A DNA stretch of 64,000 nucleotides from Barthelona sp. PCE (Eukaryota), in contig JAUFOR010000007.1 of NCBI GenBank assembly GCA_040285745.1, forward strand, positions 1 through 64,000. The letters are read 5' to 3'. Shown one piece after another: positions 32,652-42,407 of this stretch. Each line of letters starts with the position of its first letter. Position 1 is the stretch's first letter. A model generated the notes under the pieces. The model was not told the origin of the DNA, made no database searches, and saw only the letters and a list, made by a program, of their open reading frames with translations. Both the position numbers and the translations under genes were made by a program.

Positions 32652-35100
32652 GGGCTGTCAAATCACTAACGACATCCCGCGCATCCTTTTTGGATGTCAA
32701 ATACAAATCCCATAGGATGGCCTCCTCTTGCTCGAACGCCTTCCTCATTTTCACCGGGAAGTTGATGAGCGTTCTGTTGCTCTGGAACTTTTTGCATGCA
32801 ACAGGAGAGTGGAACATGGCACATAACTCATTCTTTGACATTCGTGCCAGGTGAACAAGACTCTTATAACCCTTGCTGTGTATGTACTCGTGAAAATCTA
32901 ATAAACCAACGTTGCGTGGTATTCCTTGTGGGAATCTAATCATACAGATGCAATCTGGTAAATAGTGGTTATCTTTGCTAAACAGGGCATGGGCGTGTAT
33001 AAGAAGTTGGAATAGCTGTCTTTCATTTCTGAAGTAACGTTCGCCCAAGAAAATTTGTAACAGGGAAAGACAGTCTGAGGAACGCTTGTGCACAGGTGAA
33101 CATCGCAAAACCTGACAGAGCGACTCGTACAAGAAAACAAATAGATCAGCAGGGATCACATCGTGTTGCTGTAGTGACAAAAACTCTTCAATGACAAAAC
33201 CTGCATCCTGCTCACTTCTATACGTAAGCAACTGAGGTTTTCCTTTGAAGAAGAGTCTTAGTGGATCGATTAGGCTGGGCATTTCGTCCTCGAATATGCT
33301 GCATCGAATGACGTTGCAGATTTCACCAATATCAATGCGACTTGCTGAGATAGCACAGGTAATACGTTCCAGTAATTCAATGAGTGCGCACACAGACCAT
33401 GGAAGTTCGTTGTGACTATGTCTCCTTTCGAAGCGCCACACGTCCAGGAACCCTTTCTTGTAGTCAAAGTACTTACTTAGGAGGCGCTCAAACGTACATG
33501 GGGATACTACACCTTCGGTGCTGTACATTGCGCTGCGTGAGAAATCAAGGTATGAAACATGCCACGCAGTAACAATGCCATCCGCCAGGCCGTTAACGAA
33601 TGCCATAGCATGGTCTTTGGGTTTTTTCCCCAAGTACGACGCAAACTGTTGCGATAAAGATGATAAACGTGTTGCGTAAAGATACTCAACAGTTTCATCG
33701 AATATAGAACCGCACACAATACTGTCGAAAGCAAACCGGATGTTACCATAATTCACAATTGTTGGATCAATCCTTAAAAGAATAGGAGCCATTATCTTGT
33801 GGTAGATCTCAGCGCCACCCTTCTTAAAATCAATACTGCTGTTAAGACCCCCTGAAAACGCAGCCAACAACACGCACATATCGTGGACGTCGTCGCTACT
33901 CGTGGCACTAAATATTGGAACATCTACAACACATAGCTTAGTGACGTCTCCCAACAAAATCTGTAGCAGAGATCCGAAATCAAGCTCGTCCTTCATTGCT
34001 ATGAGAGGGAGAAGACCATATGAGAGACCGCTTAAGACAAAGCGGACATTAGAAGATGAGAATATTTGACACAAAACGCTGGCCAACGCAATGGTGTCCG
34101 TACGTGACATGTTGCCCCAAATGGCCTCGAAGTCGTCCAGTACAATGGTGACGGGCCCCTTAAGGGTTGCCTCAATGGAGTCAAAAAGAGCAACGAATTC
34201 GCGGTATAACTGATATGATTCCGCGCTGAGATTAAGGTTATCGGGTAGGTTGAGTTCACTTTTGATCTCAAACTGTGTGGGTTCTTCATCAACAGGATCA
34301 TCATCGATGAATGGATTGGGTACAACGGAAGACATCTCGACATTCGATGACAGTGGCAGACGAGGAGGGACCTGACGACGGTGGCGCAGGGTATTCTGGA
34401 AATCGGGCACAACTGTTGGTGCTGGATACACCTCCTTCATTGGTGAAGATACAGGAGTGTGCATCACTGATAAGCTTGATGCTCGTTCAAGGACAGGGGA
34501 TGTGTGAGCCCTTTTGATTGTCTTCTTACCCCAAGGGCTACGCAACCCGAAGTTCTTAAGCGAAAATGCGTTTTCTGTGTTACCGATCTCTGGCTCATTC
34601 TGCCAATCAACCGATCGCAAAATTTGTGAATGAATTCCCAACAGAAGAGCGCGAAGGCGGGCTGCAAGGGGGTCTGCTTGCGAGCAGAATGCAAAGAGAT
34701 CTGCTGGAACATCAAGAGCATTCATAGAAAGGTAGCACATAGTAACACTGCTCTTCTGCAGACATTGATCAATCACAGAAGGAAGAATATGACGTGCAAC
34801 TGTTGTAATACCCGACCCAACCTGGCCCCGCACAAAGAAAACATTCGTATCCTTATGGGATGTAATGTGCGATTGAACTTTGTCATATATGGTGTTAATA
34901 CCACAAAAAAAGTCCGTCTTTCCCTCGTGGGTTGTGTATGCAACAGTGTTTTTGCCCTCATGTGACAAAAAACCCTCAATTGAAGTTGGTAATTTATGTA
35001 AAACGGTTGAATTTGAGTTTAAAAGAGAATAAGACTGCTCCATCATCATTGATGCTGATCTCTTAAGAGAGATCAGATTCTTTATAAGACTTTCAGACAT
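32605..35100 (-). CDS. STAND/AAA+-like P-loop protein with degenerate Walker A
   Basis: FFCG..VFFVRGQVGSGITT (Lys replaced by Ile), CYLSM, Walker B TIVLDDFE, sensor-like RFVLSG. Start set at MSESLI. Confidence 0.65.
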   Translation of the reverse strand: MSESLIKNLISLKRSASMMMEQSYSLLNSNSTVLHKLPTSIEGFLSHEGKNTVAYTTHEGKTDFFCGINTIYDKVQSHITSHKDTNVFFVRGQVGSGITTVARHILPSVIDQCLQKSSVTMCYLSMNALDVPADLFAFCSQADPLAARLRALLLGIHSQILRSVDWQNEPEIGNTENAFSLKNFGLRSPWGKKTIKRAHTSPVLERASSLSVMHTPVSSPMKEVYPAPTVVPDFQNTLRHRRQVPPRLPLSSNVEMSSVVPNPFIDDDPVDEEPTQFEIKSELNLPDNLNLSAESYQLYREFVALFDSIEATLKGPVTIVLDDFEAIWGNMSRTDTIALASVLCQIFSSSNVRFVLSGLSYGLLPLIAMKDELDFGSLLQILLGDVTKLCVVDVPIFSATSSDDVHDMCVLLAAFSGGLNSSIDFKKGGAEIYHKIMAPILLRIDPTIVNYGNIRFAFDSIVCGSIFDETVEYLYATRLSSLSQQFASYLGKKPKDHAMAFVNGLADGIVTAWHVSYLDFSRSAMYSTEGVVSPCTFERLLSKYFDYKKGFLDVWRFERRHSHNELPWSVCALIELLERITCAISASRIDIGEICNVIRCSIFEDEMPSLIDPLRLFFKGKPQLLTYRSEQDAGFVIEEFLSLQQHDVIPADLFVFLYESLCQVLRCSPVHKRSSDCLSLLQIFLGERYFRNERQLFQLLIHAHALFSKDNHYLPDCICMIRFPQGIPRNVGLLDFHEYIHSKGYKSLVHLARMSKNELCAMFHSPVACKKFQSNRTLINFPVKMRKAFEQEEAILWDLYLTSKKDARDVVSDLTALIEKEEKNTMAHPSQ

Positions 35101-35155
35101 CGAAAAGGATAGAAATGACTTAACACTCGTATTACCATTTATTTTCCTTTTCATC

Positions 35156-38100
35156 ATGCTATCTAAGGTGGAAGCTGTGCTTCCTAGCGATTTCTATGAT
35201 AGCTTAGCGTTATTTTTACCCATTATTTCGATTTTGTGTGTGATAAATCTGTTCCTTTTCTTTAAAAACTTCGGTTCATTCGCCCATGCAGCTAAAATCA
35301 ACATCGTTCTCTATGTAGGAGTTTGCGTTACAACTCTAGGAACAGTTGTTGCTCTTTTAGTTTATGTTATAAAATTGTTGGGACATGACCCTAATGATTT
35401 CTCTAGGATTGTTGCTGTTATATGCTGCATAGGTGTATGCACCACAATGGCTTTTTCAAGTGTGTATTCACAACGTTGGAGAGTTAATAGCTTCTCTTTG
35501 TGGATTTCATTGGTTGCAGTGCTGTTAACAGTCGCAATCACACTTATAATCCCCATACAAAGGAGCACATATAGTTTTATGACTATGTTCTTTGCTTTTT
35601 CACTTCTCAACTTTGTATTTCTCGCTATTGCAGTATACTTCTGGTCTCCTATTGGTACTTTCGATAGGAAGATGCTGTTTGAGCACCAGGTAGCTCCTTT
35701 TGTTGCGAAAAAGAACGGATGGATCGGTACACTCAGCTATTTGTGCAGCGTAATTCTATTACTGATATTTGCACTAATTCATAAGAATAAGGATCCATCA
35801 GGTTCCCCCTATCTCGGATTTCTGAGCGCTGCTATCATGGTTGCTGTTGATATAACATTGTTCTTTATGAAAACACCATTCGTCATTAACAATCCCGTAT
35901 TCTTTTTATCATTATTTGCTGTAGCCCGCGGTATCCTGGTACTTTGTAGTTATAATTATTTTTTCCTCGGTCACGCTGGCATTTTATTCATTATTATTTT
36001 AAGCGTAGGCGCAAATGTTCTCGGAATGCACAGAAAATCGGTTGTCACGGTCATGCTATCAATTCTTTCAGATGTTGATACGAGACCAAAGGCTCTCGTA
36101 AACTTCGAGTCCCTCTCCTTCTTAAACTCAACATTGTTTGTTGGATTGCTTCTCACAGTTCTTTTTGGTGTTGATTTTGTCATTGCAATCATCAAACCTG
36201 ACTCATTTAACATTCCAAAGATTACAATGCTGGATACTGCTCATGAACAGTGGGTATTTGGTGTTGGTGCTATTCTCATTGCTTTAACCGTTCTTTTGTG
36301 GTGGCAAGCAACTCGTGATGTTCAAGAAACTGACATTAACCCAATTATTTCATCTGAGAAGAGCGCTTCATTCATGTCTTGTGTGTCAAAAAAAACACTT
36401 ACATACTCAGTATGGTTTGGAGTTTGGCTTTTAGCAAGCACTCTGCTGGGGTTCTGGATGACAGAATCCTCAATGATCTTGTTTGCGGGTCTGTTCATTT
36501 TCCCAACCGTGTTCCTGGCAACATGGCTCCTACTACTCGTCCGCAAGTCCGACTTCAACAGAAAGAAATCGGCGGAGGTCACTTCCCCAATAATATGGTT
36601 AAGTGTTCTGATTACGGTGTTTGTTCTCCTGAATATTGTTATGACACTCATCTTCCTCAGTGATTTGAGCGGAGTACAGATTTTATATTGTATCATTCCA
36701 CCTCTGTACGTAATTGCTAACCTGTATACTGCGTCAAAGTACTCACATCATCTCTCCACATTGAGGATTGTCTTATTATTAATCACTTTCATATTGGCAA
36801 CATTAGGCACTGTTTTGGGTTTCATGTCTTCTCAAAGGGTAGCAGGTGGTACGTTTTTGATTGCTCTGTTTGTACTATATATCTCCATCCTTCGCAAATC
36901 AATTGGTGTATCAGGAAACATGACTGGAGCTCACAAAACACAACTAATGCTTCTTTACTGTCTTTTATTCTGCGGCTCTGTTGCCACTCCAATCGTAGCA
37001 GGCTATTCTATCATCTTTGCAATCACAACAGCTGTTGGCCTGATCGGTCTTTCAATTTTTGCATATATTATATACAGTTACTTTAAGAGCGATAGATATC
37101 TTTCAAAGAGTCTCAAGACGTTGCTGTGGGTGTGTCTCGTCATTATGTTTGCAGCCGCCCTCAGCGTTACTTTCCAGGGAACTGGTGTATTCTGGGGTTT
37201 GTCGATGGTTGTCATGTTACTTGTTGCTGTTCTAGTAATATATAGCTCTCTCAATTTCCCATTCCCGTTTGTCAAAACATACCTCCATTGCTTCGTGTCG
37301 AAGCGTATCTTCCCAATTAATCATTATGACGACAATATGCGCTCAGCAATTTCCTTGAATTTCCCTGTCGCGTGTATGTTTTCTGGTGTCATTATTGCAA
37401 TGATATGGGCATTTATAGCCTCTTACTGGATTGATCCACCACAGTTCGGCCTCGGTTGTCTATTTTTATTGGGATCTTGCTTTGTATTGCTCGTGTACCA
37501 CCTGAAGTCGTTGAACTCGACCATCGTGCACAAGTACGGTAACATAACAAGCCTTAATGTCGTGAAGGCGTTCCGTACAGCTTCTACTCGATACAGCGCC
37601 AACCCGCCAGCCCCAACAACACGTAATAACGATGAACCAGATAATATCGATCAAATAGAACTCATTGTTGATGTTGACGATGTTTTTATTGCTGATGTTG
37701 ACTATAAACAGGCAAAGAGTGTATCGGACCTCGCCAAGGTATTTGATCGCTTCGAAAAGGAGAGTAACTTCTGCTGCGAGGTTTTATACAACATTTTAAT
37801 CAACATTGAGAGTGTTAACACAGACACTGAGACCGATCTCTTTGCCTTCATTTCTTCAGAGCTCAAGGGAATGGGAATGAACACATCCACGATGATGAAG
37901 TGGTCTGAAGATATCGTCAGTGTCTGGCGCGACCGTTTTGAAGAGTACAAAAAGAATCGTTCAGAAGACAAGCAATTTGTTCGTTTGCTAATTGATGCTG
38001 AGAATCAAGGCAGAACTGATATCACCGACGATGAGTTCAGGACTCAGCTAAGCGTTGAGTGGGTGAACTGTAAGCGTACTATTGGCACATTGCTCCGTGA

Positions 38101-38545
38101 TTGTACTGAAGTAACACAAAACACGAAAAAGGCACCTAAACTCCGCCGTATGGTCGATAAGATGGGTGTTCCCGAAGCACCTGAGACTGCAGAAGCCAAG
38201 GAAGTCTCATATGAGATCCAAGATTTGTATTTCGAGTCGCAAAACGTTTTGCAAGAACTGTCATTCTTCAAAGGTGTGTACGATGATCCAGTTGTAATGA
38301 AAAAGTTTGTTGTTTTACCAAAGGGAGACAATTCTCCTGGTGCACGTGAGCACGCTATCTCATCTTGTATTCGAACTATTCACAAACAATACAGCAATAA
38401 GGTCGATATTGTAACAGAGATGTATGATGATATGATTGAGTTACGTGATGAGTTTAAGATGCTTCAAAAAGCACTGGACCAGAAGAACCGTGAGCGTATG
38501 ATGGCAGAAATGTCAGCAAACAAGGAGGTTAAGGTTGAGTTGTAG
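35156..38545 (+). CDS. Multi-pass (~23 TM) membrane protein resembling the membrane (MEM/TML) domain of DEK1-type calpains, with no protease domain
   Basis: About 23 hydrophobic segments counted by eye. Motif SKRIFPINHYD..WAFIASYWIDPPQFG (~37298-37450) matches the recalled DEK1 segment SPRVLPVYVYD..WGVVASL.IYPPFAG. Followed by a ~340-aa soluble helical tail. Confidence 0.75.
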   Translation: MLSKVEAVLPSDFYDSLALFLPIISILCVINLFLFFKNFGSFAHAAKINIVLYVGVCVTTLGTVVALLVYVIKLLGHDPNDFSRIVAVICCIGVCTTMAFSSVYSQRWRVNSFSLWISLVAVLLTVAITLIIPIQRSTYSFMTMFFAFSLLNFVFLAIAVYFWSPIGTFDRKMLFEHQVAPFVAKKNGWIGTLSYLCSVILLLIFALIHKNKDPSGSPYLGFLSAAIMVAVDITLFFMKTPFVINNPVFFLSLFAVARGILVLCSYNYFFLGHAGILFIIILSVGANVLGMHRKSVVTVMLSILSDVDTRPKALVNFESLSFLNSTLFVGLLLTVLFGVDFVIAIIKPDSFNIPKITMLDTAHEQWVFGVGAILIALTVLLWWQATRDVQETDINPIISSEKSASFMSCVSKKTLTYSVWFGVWLLASTLLGFWMTESSMILFAGLFIFPTVFLATWLLLLVRKSDFNRKKSAEVTSPIIWLSVLITVFVLLNIVMTLIFLSDLSGVQILYCIIPPLYVIANLYTASKYSHHLSTLRIVLLLITFILATLGTVLGFMSSQRVAGGTFLIALFVLYISILRKSIGVSGNMTGAHKTQLMLLYCLLFCGSVATPIVAGYSIIFAITTAVGLIGLSIFAYIIYSYFKSDRYLSKSLKTLLWVCLVIMFAAALSVTFQGTGVFWGLSMVVMLLVAVLVIYSSLNFPFPFVKTYLHCFVSKRIFPINHYDDNMRSAISLNFPVACMFSGVIIAMIWAFIASYWIDPPQFGLGCLFLLGSCFVLLVYHLKSLNSTIVHKYGNITSLNVVKAFRTASTRYSANPPAPTTRNNDEPDNIDQIELIVDVDDVFIADVDYKQAKSVSDLAKVFDRFEKESNFCCEVLYNILINIESVNTDTETDLFAFISSELKGMGMNTSTMMKWSEDIVSVWRDRFEEYKKNRSEDKQFVRLLIDAENQGRTDITDDEFRTQLSVEWVNCKRTIGTLLRDCTEVTQNTKKAPKLRRMVDKMGVPEAPETAEAKEVSYEIQDLYFESQNVLQELSFFKGVYDDPVVMKKFVVLPKGDNSPGAREHAISSCIRTIHKQYSNKVDIVTEMYDDMIELRDEFKMLQKALDQKNRERMMAEMSANKEVKVEL

Positions 38546-38656
38546 TAGTATGTCATCAGTTTTTGATATTTCTTTTGGACCAGTGGTCCCTAGCAAATAT
38601 TCAATGTGTTACAATTAATAATTTGTAATAAACAATGTAAAACTTGATTTAAATTT

Positions 38657-38666
38657 TTTTACCCTT
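38657..38666 (+). promoter_or_regulatory. TTTTACCCTT candidate core-promoter/initiator motif upstream of the calpain ATG
   Basis: The same TTTTACC core occurs shortly upstream of five other start codons in the window. Confidence 0.45.
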
Positions 38667-38682
38667 TTCATTTAAAATAACC

Positions 38683-41600
38683 ATGGACGAAGACTTTGGA
38701 GAAGAGTACTATGAGTACGACATGGGGGAGGACGGCTATCAAGAAGCTGAATATCAGGAAGATGAGTATTATGAAGGAGAAGAAGACGAGTATGTCGATA
38801 ATGCAAATGAAGAAGGATATTACGATGAAAACGGTGAATACTGTGTCACAGAAGAGCAAGTAGAACCAGAGGATACTGGTTATTACGATGATGAAGGTAA
38901 CTACATTGAATATACAAATGAAGACGAAGAATACGCTGGATATTATGATGAAGACGGCAACTATGTTGAAAATACCAATGATGAAAATTACGCTGCAGAA
39001 GAAGATGCTGGATATTATGATGAAGACGGCAACTATGTTGAATATGCCAATGATGGTGAAGAATACGTTGAAGAAGGTGAAGAATACATTGAAGAAGGTG
39101 AAGAATACATTGAAGAAGGTGAAGAATACGTTGAAGAAGAAGATCTTAACGATGATTATTGGGGTTATGAGGGTGAAGAGCCTCAATATGATGATGAGGA
39201 GGGTGAGTATGGCGAAGAGAGACCCTTTAAGTTATATGGAGCCACTGAAGAAAGTTCTGTTACAGAGAAATATGAAGCAGTGCGTGAAGCACTTTTGGAT
39301 CATTTATTTGCATCATTGGAAATTGGTGGAGAATATGATATCCTGAGTCTCAACGTTGCGTTGTGCAATACTCATGTGATGGCGTGCATGGATAAGTTGC
39401 CTTACATCGAACAGTATGGTGAAGCCGTTACCAAACAATTGAAGAAGCTTGAAAGAACAAACGTAGATCCAGAACTGTATACTAAATATCAAACATCCGA
39501 GGAATATTACGTGAAGAAGGCTGCTGAGTTTAAGGAAAAGCTTATTCCACTCAAGGATCGCTTCCAGAATATGTGCATGTCCAGTGAGGGAGAGGAGATA
39601 GTAGACCACGTTCTTGCTGAGTTTGATCGTTCCGGAGAGGTTGAGCAATCCATTGAAATATGGTGGGATGTCGGCACCACCAAGATTGCTGAGATCATGG
39701 AAAAGCAGAAGCAAGAGAGTGACTTGGTGAGAACGTTCATCGAGGGTATGTTGCGAGATGTTGAGTCAAACGATGAGGCTGTACGTAAGATCTACAATTA
39801 CGTCAAGGATCTGGCTGATAAACATCAGGAAGCTATTGATGATGTTAGGTATGCTGAGATGCACCGCATTGAGGCTGAGAAGATTGCTAAAAGGCAGGAG
39901 ATTGTCAATGCGCGGGAACGTGAGCATTTGAAGAAGCTTCAAGAGGCTAGAGAGGCTAGAAGACTCGAGATTCGACGCCAAAACGAAGAAATGATTGCTA
40001 AACAGGCAATTGCTGATGCTGAACGCCAAGAGAAACTGCGTATCTTGCGAGAGGAGGCCGCAAGGGAGTTTGCAATCGAAGAGGAAAAAAGACAGAAGGA
40101 GATCCAGTTGCAGATCAAGTTGTTCAAGCAGGGTCAAGCTATTGATGAGTACTACCGTAAACTAATAATTTGGGAGCGAGAAGAAGCAGCGAGAAAGGAG
40201 CGTGAACGTATTGCAGCAATTGAGGCCGAGCGTCTTCGTTTAATTGAGCTTGAGAAGCAGAGGATTGCTGCTGAGAAGGAAAGACAGCGCTTAATCTTCG
40301 AGCAACAAGAGCGTGCAAGAAAAGCTGCGATTGAAGCTAAGCGCCAAGCCGCTCTTGAAGCCAAGCGCAAAGAGCAGGAGCGTTTCCGCGAGGAGCAACG
40401 ACGTGCTGCAGAAGCTGAGCGAATTAGACTTGCAAATGAGGCTGCAGAGGCTGCCCGCAAGGCTGCAGAGGCTGAGCAAACAAGACTTGCAAATGAGGCT
40501 GCTGCAGCTGCAAAAGCTACCCGCCAGGCTGTAGAGGCTGCCCGCAATGAAGAAGAGCGCTTGGAGCAGGAGCGCTTGGCCGCAATTGAAGCTGAGAAAC
40601 AGCGTGTTGCCGCAGCAGAGCGTAAGCGCATTGAGGAGCAACGTAGAAAGCAGGCTGATGAGCGCCGTCTCGCTGAGCTGGATCAACAACGCCAGCGTCA
40701 GGAAGCTGAACGTAAGCGTATTGAAAAGGAGCGTGAAGAGCGCAAGGCAGAAGCAGTCAGACAAGAAGAAGAACGTTTACGCCGCGAGTATGATATAAAG
40801 CAGCGTCAGGCAAAAATCAACGAGTGTAAGAACAGATTGACTCAGACTGGTATCCCCAACGACGAGATTAATGAGCTGCTGGAGAGGTTTTCTGCTGAAA
40901 AACCCTTCAACGAAGACGAAATGTACAAGGATGTTATGCAGGCAGTTGCAACGGAGGCTCAAGGTGGTGCGCTTGCTCGTCAGCAGATGCAAGATGCTGG
41001 TATTGACGTTGATCTGGGGTACACGCCCATCGGCTTTGCTAAATCAACAGTGAAGACAATTCCGAAAAACCCGACTCCAAGGATTGTCAATAGAGGTAGC
41101 AAGTACACTCAAGAGCTAAGCAAGCGGCAGATGGCGCATAATTGGAAGTCGGATATTGGCTGGAAGCGAATTAGTGAGATTGATAGTTTGAATGATTCTG
41201 TTTTATGGAACGGTAGTGGTCCAGATCCTCTAGATTTCGAACAGGGTTCTATGGGTGATTGTTACCTAATATCCAGTATGAATGCGTTGTGCGCAGACCC
41301 TGAGTATCGTCCGTTTTTAATGGATGCCTTGGTTGAAATGGATAGACCTAACGGTTACTATAAGTTTCGATTCTTTGACAAGGAGGAGAACATCACTTAC
41401 GTCGAAATCGACGACTACATCCCAGTTAAAGACGGTGATAAAATTGTTTGTTGTGAGCCACATAATAATTGTATCTTTGCAGTTTTGCTTGAAAAAGCAT
41501 TTGCTGTGCTACGGGGTGGGTATGGAGCGATTGGCCATGGTGGAACCTCAACTGATGCTTTTGTAACTATATGTGGAGGAGAAGCAGATTTTTGTACAAC

Positions 41601-42384
41601 TTTTGAAGAATTTAAGGGAACAGAACGTCAACGTTTTTACAAGGCAAAGGCGATATTTGACCGCGGCGTTATGTGCTGTAGTGATAGTGATAAAACTACG
41701 CTTGCTGATGACCAGGGATTGATTACCCAGCATTTATACGCTGTGCTTGATATGAAGGAAGTTGGTGGACGATTTTTCGTCAAAGTACATAACCCTTGGC
41801 GTGGTACGGAAATCAATGCCGCTAACAATAGGTATGCGGACGAAAATTTACCTGCAGATGTGAGACAAGCATTTTCACATCAAACTGCTAATGATGGTAC
41901 GTTTATTATGTCATGGTCCGACTTTGACATCCAATTTGGTGATATTTCATATGGATGGCCACTGTTTCAATACACTCATAGAGCTTCTGTTTCTGGAAAG
42001 ATCACAATGCAAGATAATTTCATATCGAAAACAATCTCAACGGCCCCGAAATGGGAGATTCATGCTTCAAAGCCTGCCAATTTCAAGGTTTTCGTTCAGG
42101 TGAAGAACCAGAGCGCTAACTGGAAAGTAACACCGTGTTACTTGCAGCATTTACCTCGCAAAGATGAGTTCTACATTCCTAAAACTTGGTCTACCAACTT
42201 GATTGATTACGCTGCGACTAACAGTTCGAGCATGCGTTCCAATCCCTTGAATTTCCGTCTCGATTTTGATGGTTTCAGATTCTTCGTTTCGTTTTTAAGC
42301 TGGTTGGACGATGAACCCGTTTATTGTGATTATACTATTCATGTTGTTGGTGAAACCGACTTCTGTCTGTTCAGAGTCCGATAA
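38683..42384 (+). CDS. Calpain (CysPc + C2L/domain III) with acidic Tyr-rich N-terminal repeats and E/R/K/A-rich helical linker
   Basis: Catalytic triad intact: QGSMGDCY (Cys ~41260), QHLYAV (His ~41731), HNPW (Asn ~41791). Also WKRISE, VEIDDYIP, LLEKAFA..GGY and DGTFIMSWSDF. Confidence 0.92.
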   Translation: MDEDFGEEYYEYDMGEDGYQEAEYQEDEYYEGEEDEYVDNANEEGYYDENGEYCVTEEQVEPEDTGYYDDEGNYIEYTNEDEEYAGYYDEDGNYVENTNDENYAAEEDAGYYDEDGNYVEYANDGEEYVEEGEEYIEEGEEYIEEGEEYVEEEDLNDDYWGYEGEEPQYDDEEGEYGEERPFKLYGATEESSVTEKYEAVREALLDHLFASLEIGGEYDILSLNVALCNTHVMACMDKLPYIEQYGEAVTKQLKKLERTNVDPELYTKYQTSEEYYVKKAAEFKEKLIPLKDRFQNMCMSSEGEEIVDHVLAEFDRSGEVEQSIEIWWDVGTTKIAEIMEKQKQESDLVRTFIEGMLRDVESNDEAVRKIYNYVKDLADKHQEAIDDVRYAEMHRIEAEKIAKRQEIVNAREREHLKKLQEAREARRLEIRRQNEEMIAKQAIADAERQEKLRILREEAAREFAIEEEKRQKEIQLQIKLFKQGQAIDEYYRKLIIWEREEAARKERERIAAIEAERLRLIELEKQRIAAEKERQRLIFEQQERARKAAIEAKRQAALEAKRKEQERFREEQRRAAEAERIRLANEAAEAARKAAEAEQTRLANEAAAAAKATRQAVEAARNEEERLEQERLAAIEAEKQRVAAAERKRIEEQRRKQADERRLAELDQQRQRQEAERKRIEKEREERKAEAVRQEEERLRREYDIKQRQAKINECKNRLTQTGIPNDEINELLERFSAEKPFNEDEMYKDVMQAVATEAQGGALARQQMQDAGIDVDLGYTPIGFAKSTVKTIPKNPTPRIVNRGSKYTQELSKRQMAHNWKSDIGWKRISEIDSLNDSVLWNGSGPDPLDFEQGSMGDCYLISSMNALCADPEYRPFLMDALVEMDRPNGYYKFRFFDKEENITYVEIDDYIPVKDGDKIVCCEPHNNCIFAVLLEKAFAVLRGGYGAIGHGGTSTDAFVTICGGEADFCTTFEEFKGTERQRFYKAKAIFDRGVMCCSDSDKTTLADDQGLITQHLYAVLDMKEVGGRFFVKVHNPWRGTEINAANNRYADENLPADVRQAFSHQTANDGTFIMSWSDFDIQFGDISYGWPLFQYTHRASVSGKITMQDNFISKTISTAPKWEIHASKPANFKVFVQVKNQSANWKVTPCYLQHLPRKDEFYIPKTWSTNLIDYAATNSSSMRSNPLNFRLDFDGFRFFVSFLSWLDDEPVYCDYTIHVVGETDFCLFRVR
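38935..39042 (+). repeat. Two identical 36-bp copies (38935-38970, 39007-39042) encoding AGYYDEDGNYVE
   Basis: gctggatattatgatgaagacggcaactatgttgaa occurs twice; two more diverged copies lie upstream. Confidence 0.9.
39055..39138 (+). repeat. Coding minisatellite, 4 x 21 bp (GEEY[V/I]EE)
   Basis: ggtgaagaatac(g/a)ttgaagaa repeated four times in tandem. Confidence 0.92.
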
Positions 42385-42407
42385 TAAAAGAAACTGTTTG
42401 TTTATTA

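Noticed and set aside
38577-38589. GGACC-AGT-GGTCC mini-hairpin in the intergenic gap
   Set aside because: A 5-bp stem is expected by chance and has no recognisable family.
38532-38690. Intron or stop read-through joining the TM gene to the calpain (GTATGT at ~38548)
   Set aside because: GTATGT lies after the stop. There is a double TAG plus an in-frame TGA, no convincing pyrimidine-AG acceptor right before the calpain ATG, and an upstream TTTTACC motif. Not fully excluded without cDNA.
38668-40764. Antisense and alternative-frame ORFs (e.g. hydrophobic 38668-39186 minus) and similar short ORFs throughout
   Set aside because: Shadows of repetitive or biased codon usage in the real genes.
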